The translations under genes were made by a program, and so were the position numbers. From a virus (Duplodnaviria > Caudoviricetes), in the IMG/VR virus record IMGVR_UViG_3300017716_001608, positions 1-36,811 of that record: a stretch of 36,811 nucleotides of DNA. The stretch is one strand, 5' to 3'. The notes below the pieces were generated by a model. It saw nothing but the letters and a program-made list of their open reading frames with translations, made no database searches and was not told the DNA's origin. Below are positions 30,016 to 36,809 of this stretch, piece by piece (position 1 is the first letter of the stretch; each line of letters starts with the position of its first letter).

Positions 30016-30276
30016 TTAAGAGTTCATATATGTGACTATTGACGCATAAGTATTTGTGGAATATATTGGTGTTGGAATACCAGCAATATATATCTGCACA
30101 ATTCCTGATATATATGCATTAGCTACTGTATCCCAAACATATCCAACACTTAAAATATTAATTGCATCAATATACATATTTGATTCACTTGCTAAACTAT
30201 AATAATAATTTACAGGTATATTGGAGTTGTTAGTTTCAGCTGTTAATTGAACTTGTGTAATTGTTACATTTGCCAT
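30016..30276 (-). CDS. hypothetical protein
   Basis: 86 aa ORF in the operon. Confidence 0.6.
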   Translation of the reverse strand: MANVTITQVQLTAETNNSNIPVNYYYSLASESNMYIDAINILSVGYVWDTVANAYISGIVQIYIAGIPTPIYSTNTYASIVTYMNS

Positions 30277-30279
30277 AAT

Positions 30280-30528
30280 TTATTTTTTAAATAGTTCTTT
30301 AAAATCATCATATTTAATTTTAAGTGTAATTGGGGTTGACAATCCTCTTAATAATACATCAGTATATTCTTTTTGGAATTTATCTGTATTATAGTGAAAA
30401 TATTCTTTAAAATATATCACATCATCTAATTCAAGTGTAATCTTAGTATCTTCAAATCTAAAGTCTGTTGGGACTCTAGACTGTTTAGATTGGATTGCTA
30501 CTGATACTGTAAATTCTTTTTTTGCCAT
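30280..30528 (-). CDS. hypothetical protein
   Basis: 82 aa ORF in the operon. Confidence 0.6.
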   Translation of the reverse strand: MAKKEFTVSVAIQSKQSRVPTDFRFEDTKITLELDDVIYFKEYFHYNTDKFQKEYTDVLLRGLSTPITLKIKYDDFKELFKK

Positions 30529-30532
30529 AATT

Positions 30533-31345
30533 TTATTTATTATCTTTTAACCACATTATTAATGAAGATACTTCATCTTTTAAATATGGGACTTCATATA
30601 TTTTAATTTCATCTAAAACAGGTTCTCCATTTATATGTTCATTTATAGGATATCCGTTTTCATCTTCTCCCAATTGTTTAAACTTTACATGTTGTATTGT
30701 TAGCTTTCCTATCTTAAGTAGAGGATTATGCTTTTTAATAATATACGCATAAATACTGAGTTGTAGACTATAGTGTATTAAATTGCAATCATCCAAATGA
30801 CTAATAGGTTTATACATTTTATTTGTAACACCATCCCAATTAGTAAATCCTTTTTCTTTAATTTCCTTATTTGTCTTATAGTCATTAATATTAATATACC
30901 CATCTATAATTTCTACCATATCTGCTTGTCCACATAAACCCGCTGATTTTAAATAAACCATATGTTCTGGATACATTCCTGCTAATAAAGTTTGTTTAGG
31001 TGCTAATTTCACACCCTCTTCATTTATAAGAGGTTTGATTATGGGTAGTTCTGTTCCATTACGTTCAATTGTATTAAAATCCAATATATCAGATTCCCTT
31101 TGACCATGATAAAAATTACCAAGATTAATAGCTCTTTCTGTCTCATTATCCCATGCACTGATTATTTCTTTTTCAGTCATGCCATACCATTTAGAGTGTT
31201 TATTCTTAGCAGATTTTTTTGCTTGTCCTTCTTTATCAAATTTGGGTTTAAGCATTCCTATAAATGAAGTGACACTCAACCATTTGATGTTGTCATCTTC
31301 TATACTTTCATAAGTATGTCCATCTTCTTTGAATATAATAGCCAT
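30533..31345 (-). CDS. PD-(D/E)XK (RecB/Cas4-like) nuclease
   Basis: HTY...SVTSFI...GNFYH...E...GQADMV...INDYKTNK...YSLQLSIY. Confidence 0.85.
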   Translation of the reverse strand: MAIIFKEDGHTYESIEDDNIKWLSVTSFIGMLKPKFDKEGQAKKSAKNKHSKWYGMTEKEIISAWDNETERAINLGNFYHGQRESDILDFNTIERNGTELPIIKPLINEEGVKLAPKQTLLAGMYPEHMVYLKSAGLCGQADMVEIIDGYININDYKTNKEIKEKGFTNWDGVTNKMYKPISHLDDCNLIHYSLQLSIYAYIIKKHNPLLKIGKLTIQHVKFKQLGEDENGYPINEHINGEPVLDEIKIYEVPYLKDEVSSLIMWLKDNK

Positions 31346-31584
31346 TACCCTGTAGTTAAAGTTTGTGGTGCTTCAGCCCCAGTTATTTTACACAATGGAT
31401 CATTTGTTGTTGTAGATATATAGGGGTTTGTTGTTATGCTTGGATAAACATTATACACATGATGCCCATTATTTCTATTATCATATAAATTAGCTTTAAT
31501 GTCTGCTTGCAAAAGCACTTGAGCTGCTTCTGGAGTAATCATTTTATAAGTTAAAAGATCCTTTACTATTTCTGATACTGTCAT
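31345..31584 (-). CDS. hypothetical protein
   Basis: 79 aa, TAATG-coupled to the nuclease gene. Confidence 0.55.
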   Translation of the reverse strand: MTVSEIVKDLLTYKMITPEAAQVLLQADIKANLYDNRNNGHHVYNVYPSITTNPYISTTTNDPLCKITGAEAPQTLTTG

Positions 31585-31588
31585 AATG

Positions 31589-31909
31589 TTATTTTTTAAT
31601 TTGTTGATTTACTTTTTCTTCTAGTTCTTCAGTCATTAATGAATCCCAAAAACCTTTAGGGCAAGAGGTTGACAATGACCGCACCTTAAATGCAAGACTG
31701 CATCCACAATCTGAGCAACAAGGTTGTGTACCAGGAGCTAAACAACTATCTCCAGAAGCATCAAATAAAGAACACTGTATGCAAACTTGAAATCTATCTG
31801 TAGCTACAGCTTCAATGTGCTCTTGTTTAAATATATTGTTTTTAATTCCTTCAACAATATGATCTGCATTTTTAAATGCATTTAAGTATTTTTTCCATTT
31901 ACCGTTCAT
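31589..31909 (-). CDS. Zn-ribbon / Cys-rich protein
   Basis: RFQVCIQC...CCSDCGC...K...CPKGFW. Confidence 0.7.
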   Translation of the reverse strand: MNGKWKKYLNAFKNADHIVEGIKNNIFKQEHIEAVATDRFQVCIQCSLFDASGDSCLAPGTQPCCSDCGCSLAFKVRSLSTSCPKGFWDSLMTEELEEKVNQQIKK

Positions 31910-31910
31910 A

Positions 31911-32264
31911 TTACTTTGCTTTAAATTCTTTTTTCTTTAATATATCTGCTTCCATTTGCTCTAATGCTTTAGACATTTGTTCAATATTATTCTGTATAGT
32001 TTCACTTTGAGCATAACCATTATAAGTTCTTTTAGTTAAATTACCCAATGTACTTTTATTTCTTTTAATTGAATTTTCTAATTTAGTCTTTCTTAAATAA
32101 AATGTTCCTAATCCATCTATATTAATCCTTGGATATTCTAATTCAGATATTTTTTTTCTAAGTTTTCCATAATAAAAAGATATAAAATCATCCACTACTT
32201 GTGGATGCACTCCCACTTGTTCAGCTATATCTTGTTTAAATTCTTTATATTTTTTGGGATTCAC
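31911..32264 (-). CDS. HU/IHF-like DNA-binding protein
   Basis: DIAEQVGV...VVDDFI...RINIDGLGTFYLR fits the HU helix-helix-GFGTF pattern. Confidence 0.7.
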   Translation of the reverse strand: MNPKKYKEFKQDIAEQVGVHPQVVDDFISFYYGKLRKKISELEYPRINIDGLGTFYLRKTKLENSIKRNKSTLGNLTKRTYNGYAQSETIQNNIEQMSKALEQMEADILKKKEFKAK

Positions 32265-32616
32265 GTCCTAATATTTTATAATCCAACAATACCAACCCGT
32301 TTGTCTGAATATTAATGTCTTTATTTAAAGAGATAGTTTTTTTATTTATACCATTTTTTACTATCAGTTTTTTCTTTTCTGCTTTAACCAAAGCATTTCT
32401 AGCTGATTGTGGACTTTTAAATATTTTTTCATCAGCTAATAATATACAAAATTTAGTTAGCTCCACTTTTGTATGTTTTGCTAATTCAGACAAACTTATA
32501 AGTTCTGAGGCACCAATAAGTATGTTATTAAAAAAACAATACGTGAGTATTTGATATTTAATAGTATCATCAATATCAACCTGTAGTTTTAAATCTACTT
32601 TATTTACTATTGCCAT
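32245..32616 (-). CDS. putative winged-helix DNA-binding protein
   Basis: FKSPQSARNALVKAEKKKLIVK followed by a beta hairpin. Confidence 0.45.
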   Translation of the reverse strand: MAIVNKVDLKLQVDIDDTIKYQILTYCFFNNILIGASELISLSELAKHTKVELTKFCILLADEKIFKSPQSARNALVKAEKKKLIVKNGINKKTISLNKDINIQTNGLVLLDYKILGRESQKI

Positions 32617-33539
32617 TATTTTAAACTTATTATCATATCAACTAAGTCAGGATGTGGATAGCAATCTGATTTATCCTTTCTAACATTGGTATGTGTGAGT
32701 AATCCTTTTATTTTACCATAGCATGCATCCTCATGATAATCAAATGCTTTTTTTGGACCATGCTTTTGTATTAATTGTTTTAATCCCAATCTGATATCAA
32801 TCTGGTCTCTTTCACCAACATATTTAATCCATTTCTCAATTTCTTTAATCTGATTGTCTGAATAAGAATGCCAATTGGTAAATCCTTTAAATGGTTCTTC
32901 CAATATTGTTACTTCATCTGTTTGAGTCACTGTTCCCACATAGGTTTTATATTCCTTAGTTAATGGGCCCATACAACAAACTTCTAATCCAACAGAATGT
33001 CTATTCATCCAGCCAGATTTAGTTGTTCCTAAATGCCAACCTTGATTTCCTGTTGGAAAAGCTTGAACCATATGACCATCATATTTAGCATCACCGGTTG
33101 TATGATTTCTACCCCCTAAAACAAATTCTGTACCAACAGCCCCCCGGTCATCTTTATTCCACATATCAATAGTAGCATATGGATTATTATTTCCAGCTGT
33201 GTGATGTAAGAATATATATTCATTTTTAATAGGCCCTTGAATATATTCACCTTTAGATAAATAATGTTTATGAATTAACTGATCATAATTGGTCTTAAAG
33301 TATTGACCATATATATCACTATCTTCATCAATAGCTTCTTGTAATGCTGGAGTTTTATTAAATAATAAAGTCCACATATCTGAATCTACTATTCCTGTTG
33401 GTGGAATATTATTAGATAGTTGGAATCTAATTACAGCTTTTTCTGTTGCTGGTCCAAACTGTCCATCTTGTTTTAACAAGAGTTTGGATTGAAGAGTCTG
33501 TACATCTAGTCCAGTACTCCCCCTTTTTAACATTTGCAT
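32616..33539 (-). CDS. endolysin: peptidoglycan-binding domain + N-acetylmuramoyl-L-alanine amidase (Amidase_2)
   Basis: LKRGSTGLDVQTLQ...DGQFGPATEKAVIRFQ...GIVD; Zn ligands HHTAG, THTNVR, KSDC. Confidence 0.85.
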   Translation of the reverse strand: MQMLKRGSTGLDVQTLQSKLLLKQDGQFGPATEKAVIRFQLSNNIPPTGIVDSDMWTLLFNKTPALQEAIDEDSDIYGQYFKTNYDQLIHKHYLSKGEYIQGPIKNEYIFLHHTAGNNNPYATIDMWNKDDRGAVGTEFVLGGRNHTTGDAKYDGHMVQAFPTGNQGWHLGTTKSGWMNRHSVGLEVCCMGPLTKEYKTYVGTVTQTDEVTILEEPFKGFTNWHSYSDNQIKEIEKWIKYVGERDQIDIRLGLKQLIQKHGPKKAFDYHEDACYGKIKGLLTHTNVRKDKSDCYPHPDLVDMIISLK

Positions 33540-33540
33540 A

Positions 33541-33843
33541 TTATTCTATACTAGCTGCAGCATTTTCCATAGCTTCTTTAAAAGCTTGTGCCTCTGCAGA
33601 ATTAACAGGAACTTGACCACCCTCTTTTTGAGCAGCATAAGCCTGGGCCATAAACATTTGTGCTTGAAGTCTTTCAGCTCTTGATTTTTCAATTGTAGCT
33701 AAAAGCATCTCATACTCTGCCTGAACTTCTAAATGTGGGATGTTGTCTTTGTAGAATGAAGAGATTTCTTCTCTACGTGCATTCAATTCTTCTTTTGTTA
33801 AGATGGGATCTTTCTCATCTAACGGGTTGTTGTTTTTTGCCAT
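33541..33843 (-). CDS. hypothetical coiled-coil protein
   Basis: 100 aa, helical; first gene after a promoter-like element. Confidence 0.6.
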   Translation of the reverse strand: MAKNNNPLDEKDPILTKEELNARREEISSFYKDNIPHLEVQAEYEMLLATIEKSRAERLQAQMFMAQAYAAQKEGGQVPVNSAEAQAFKEAMENAAASIE

Positions 33844-33872
33844 TTTAATTTTTTTATTTAAACGTTATACTG

Positions 33873-33880
33873 CAAACATA
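33873..33880 (-). promoter_or_regulatory. Bacteroidota sigma-A -7 element TAnnTTTG (TATGTTTG-CA)
   Basis: Matches the established consensus, ~30 nt upstream of ATG 33843; similar elements at 9306-9313, 13083-13090, 20662-20669 and 36261-36268. Confidence 0.55.
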
Positions 33881-33915
33881 CAATAATAGTTTAAATAAAA
33901 AAAGTTTAATGACTT

Positions 33916-34164
33916 TTATTTTATTTCATTCTTTTTAAACAACCCAATTACGGTTTTCAGTTCTGACGCTTTATCAAAAACAACGCCTCCCTCTAAAACT
34001 TCTACTGTCCAATTTCCATTCATACTATCATCACTATCATTAGATATAAATCCAATATTCCCAATGCTTAAAGTATAATAATACCATGGTGCATCACTTC
34101 CACTTGATTCTGGAGTTTCATCAACACGTTCAAATCCTAATTTAGTTAAATCAATTTCTCTCAT
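33916..34164 (-). CDS. hypothetical protein
   Basis: 82 aa; LTKLGFER...YYYTL. Confidence 0.6.
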   Translation of the reverse strand: MREIDLTKLGFERVDETPESSGSDAPWYYYTLSIGNIGFISNDSDDSMNGNWTVEVLEGGVVFDKASELKTVIGLFKKNEIK

Positions 34165-34309
34165 CTGGTTCTAATTTAAACATCACTAATTTTTTCATGT
34201 ACTCAATTGCACTTTCTTGATCAGGAAATTTAGCCACTAATTCTTGATTAGCGTAAACCCTAAACTCCTCCACATCATTAACCCAAGCCTGTGTAATATT
34301 AATTTTCAT
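34151..34309 (-). CDS. hypothetical 52-aa protein (not in ORF track)
   Basis: MKINITQAWVNDVEEFRVYANQELVAKFPDQESAIEYMKKLVMFKLEPDERN; TAATG overlap with the upstream gene; fills the gap. Confidence 0.6.
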   Translation of the reverse strand: MKINITQAWVNDVEEFRVYANQELVAKFPDQESAIEYMKKLVMFKLEPDERN

Positions 34310-34554
34310 TACTTTTTCTTTTTCTTTTGAGTTCCTTTAGGCATTGGGGGATTTTCTTTGTGCCATTTCTTTGTTGCTGCTACACCTTGTTTAATAGTTT
34401 TAGCCCCAGCTTTTTGGGTAAGATTAATTTTATCCCACTTACCTTTATCTGTATTAGGATGGTCCACAATGATATCCCCCGGTTTACCTTTACCTACTTT
34501 TTTGGCTTTTTTGTAAACCACATGCTTTTCATTTCCTGCGGTTAACTTAGCCAT
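34309..34554 (-). CDS. small basic protein
   Basis: 81 aa, Lys-rich. Confidence 0.7.
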   Translation of the reverse strand: MAKLTAGNEKHVVYKKAKKVGKGKPGDIIVDHPNTDKGKWDKINLTQKAGAKTIKQGVAATKKWHKENPPMPKGTQKKKKK

Positions 34555-35195
34555 TACTTCTTCTTTGTTTTTGTAGCTCCACCCATCTTAGCTTTCATTG
34601 CACCGCCCATTCCATACTTCATAGATCCACCCATTCCGTATTTCATAGAACCGCCCATGCTATCTTTAAATGCAGAACCTCCCATTTTTTTCTTAGGAGC
34701 AGCACCACCCATACCATATTTTATTGCACCACCTTTGCTTTTCATAGGCGGAGCAGTAGTAGTATCCTTTGTTATTCTAGGAGCAGAATAAGTATTCATA
34801 CCCATTTTACCATCCATTTGTGTTTTAGATTTATTATCTGTTGGAAAATATTCATCAGGTTTTCTATTTAGGTTTTCTTTATTTTTTTTTTGTTGAGCTA
34901 TCCTAATTTCTGTACCAACTTGTGCTTTGCCTGTACCACCACCATATTTTTTGTAACCCATTTTGTTTCTAACTTCTGTTGGAAGTTTAGCTAATCCTTT
35001 TTTACCAGCGGGTACATCTTTCATTGCTCCACCCATAGCCATCTTAGGTTTTTTACCTGCAGCTTTCATAGCTATTGCAGTAGCAGCTTGTTTCTTAGCT
35101 TTTACGGCACCACCTTTTTTCATCATTGAATCTCTCTTCATTGTTGAGTCAGACATCATTGTTCCGCCCATTTGCATTTTCTTTACAGTTTTCAT
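34554..35195 (-). CDS. Lys/Met/Gly-rich low-complexity protein with ~11 xxGG repeats
   Basis: KYGMGG/KMGG repeats; GLAKLPTEVRNKMGY segment. Confidence 0.75.
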   Translation of the reverse strand: MKTVKKMQMGGTMMSDSTMKRDSMMKKGGAVKAKKQAATAIAMKAAGKKPKMAMGGAMKDVPAGKKGLAKLPTEVRNKMGYKKYGGGTGKAQVGTEIRIAQQKKNKENLNRKPDEYFPTDNKSKTQMDGKMGMNTYSAPRITKDTTTAPPMKSKGGAIKYGMGGAAPKKKMGGSAFKDSMGGSMKYGMGGSMKYGMGGAMKAKMGGATKTKKK

Positions 35196-35212
35196 AATTT
35201 TTGTTTTAAGTT

Positions 35213-35344
35213 TTATTTTTTTACACAGTTATTGTATGTCTTACCATACATTTTTTTTGTCCCTTTTTTTTCATAGCCTGGCCAGCATTTCTTTGCAGCA
35301 CCTTTTTTAGGAGTGCCCATATTTATTTTATTCTTTAGTGCCAT
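35213..35344 (-). CDS. 43-aa basic protein with CWxGY...G.K...NCV motif (not in ORF track)
   Basis: MALKNKINMGTPKKGAAKKCWPGYEKKGTKKMYGKTYNNCVKK. Confidence 0.7.
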   Translation of the reverse strand: MALKNKINMGTPKKGAAKKCWPGYEKKGTKKMYGKTYNNCVKK

Positions 35345-35345
35345 G

Positions 35346-35582
35346 TTATCTATATTTTGCAGCTTTCTTAGCTACGGATTTTGGTTGTTTCACGAATTGT
35401 TTTCCTTTAGCATTACCTGCTGCCTTGGCTTTATTAGTAGCTGCTTTCTCAGAAGCACTTAATGCATCCCATGCTGCAGAAGGCAAATACCTTTTCTTAC
35501 CTTTAGACGGTTTTCCGTCTGAGGTCTTCCATTTCTCATTACCCCACTTCTTAAGTGACTCTTGTGATTTAGCTAGTGCCAT
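35346..35582 (-). CDS. small basic protein, DUF5872-like C-terminal half
   Basis: SQESLKKWGNEKWKT...RYLPSAAWDALS..EK.AT...K...GKQFV. Confidence 0.65.
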   Translation of the reverse strand: MALAKSQESLKKWGNEKWKTSDGKPSKGKKRYLPSAAWDALSASEKAATNKAKAAGNAKGKQFVKQPKSVAKKAAKYR

Positions 35583-35752
35583 TACTTTTTCTTTATTTTA
35601 TTCTGAACTGTTTGAGACAGTTCTTTCAAATGAAATAACTTTACACTTGTTTTACCATGTGTCTTTCCAGAAAATAATGTACCATCTGGCATTTTATGAT
35701 TACCACCATTATATAGTGTACCATCTTTCTTATAGTGATTTACGCCTTTCAT
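35582..35752 (-). CDS. 56-aa basic protein with HKMPDG motif (not in ORF track)
   Basis: MKGVNHYKKDGTLYNGGNHKMPDGTLFSGKTHGKTSVKLFHLKELSQTVQNKIKKK; ATGA and TAATG overlaps on both sides. Confidence 0.7.
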   Translation of the reverse strand: MKGVNHYKKDGTLYNGGNHKMPDGTLFSGKTHGKTSVKLFHLKELSQTVQNKIKKK

Positions 35753-35922
35753 TTGTATCCTCCTCCTGCTTTTTTATATTGAACAGCAAGTAGTTGTGCT
35801 TTACGTGCAGACCACTCACCTGGATCACCACCCTTTGTACCCGCTTTAATCTTATTAAAGAGAGTCTTACGCATTCCTGGTTTGGTGTAATTACCGGCAG
35901 CGTTTACTTTTGATTTTGCCAT
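35749..35922 (-). CDS. 57-aa basic protein, DUF5872-like N-terminal half (not in ORF track)
   Basis: MAKSKVNAAGNYTKPGMRKTLFNKIKAGTKGGDPGEWSARKAQLLAVQYKKAGGGYK. Confidence 0.75.
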   Translation of the reverse strand: MAKSKVNAAGNYTKPGMRKTLFNKIKAGTKGGDPGEWSARKAQLLAVQYKKAGGGYK

Positions 35923-36206
35923 TACCATTTAACTTTATCTGCCCAATAAGCAGCACTCATTTTACCTTTACTAATATTTGCTGCGTGTCTAGCCTTAAAA
36001 GATTTTTGTCTAGCCTTATCTTTTGGTGTGCTAGGATTTGCCCCGGCACCACTTACACCTTGCTGACCAAATCTAATAGTCTTTACACTATCACCTTCTT
36101 TTGCCACAACAACATGTGACTTAGTTGGATGTGAGGGAGTACGCTTTGGTGTATTATAACCAGCTACCCCTGCACTTGCTAACCTAGAGTCTTTTTTAAT
36201 TGCCAT
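35922..36206 (-). CDS. small basic protein (IRFGQQG...RxKSFKARH...SAAYWA family)
   Basis: 94 aa; first gene of the minus-strand module. Confidence 0.75.
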   Translation of the reverse strand: MAIKKDSRLASAGVAGYNTPKRTPSHPTKSHVVVAKEGDSVKTIRFGQQGVSGAGANPSTPKDKARQKSFKARHAANISKGKMSAAYWADKVKW

Positions 36207-36437
36207 CTTTTGTTATTTATTAATAATCCTTCTATAGGAATAATATACAAATTTCTGAGACAAATATAAAATAAATTTTTATAAATTGCTCAGGAAACTT
36301 AAAAAAATTTTTTGTCCCCAAAAAAAATAATGTGTATTGCATTGGTTGTACCTTCTACTGAATTGCTCCCCAGCTAATTATTGCGGTGAGGGTACCCCCG
36401 CTTCTGTGGTACCCAAAATTAAATAAAATACAATATT

Positions 36438-36767
36438 ATGAGCGTTTATTTCAGAAAATTAAGAATCAATGAGACAACTGGCACAGCCACAATCATTGCA
36501 ACAGACTCACCAATCGTGAGCAAACAAACTACACTGGCAGGCATGCCCGTGGGCACACGTACACAAGGTAGTGTAGTCTTTGGAGTGCTAAGCCTTATTG
36601 ACCCTGCAACTAATCAGGTGATGAAGGCTAACCATCCAACCATCACTGCCTTGCAGAAAAAACTAAATGCTGGTGATGAAATGCCAGGATTCCAAATGAG
36701 TAGCAACTTTGTAGTTGACATTCAAACTGGTGAGCTAACAACCCTTAAATGGATTGAGGCTGTGTAA
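36438..36767 (+). CDS. hypothetical protein, first gene of the oppositely oriented (probably early) region
   Basis: 109 aa, A-rich leader, visibly higher GC, followed by a terminator. Confidence 0.75.
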   Translation: MSVYFRKLRINETTGTATIIATDSPIVSKQTTLAGMPVGTRTQGSVVFGVLSLIDPATNQVMKANHPTITALQKKLNAGDEMPGFQMSSNFVVDIQTGELTTLKWIEAV

Positions 36768-36776
36768 CATCAGAAC

Positions 36777-36809
36777 AAGAGAGGAGTGTAAAAGCTCCTC
36801 TCTTTTTTT
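36777..36809 (+). terminator. intrinsic terminator
   Basis: AAGAGAGGAG-TGTAAAAG-CTCCTCTCTT followed by a T run. Confidence 0.9.

Noticed and set aside
30533-31345. Cas4-like nuclease as evidence of a CRISPR-Cas system
   Set aside because: No array, no other cas genes and no four-Cys Fe-S pattern; solo PD-(D/E)XK nucleases are common near crAss-like terminases
32616-33843. Holin/spanin next to the endolysin
   Set aside because: No neighbouring ORF has convincing transmembrane helices or a lipobox
91-36119. Other plus-strand and alternative-frame ORFs in the track (e.g. 91, 4091, 5654, 8624, 18051, 21934, 23702, 26148, 28803, 34963, 35338, 35910)
   Set aside because: They overlap well-supported minus-strand genes; composition is typical of shadow frames
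36207-36437. tRNA or known riboswitch in the largest intergenic region
   Set aside because: No cloverleaf or TTCRA T-loop and no recognisable aptamer; only short hairpins
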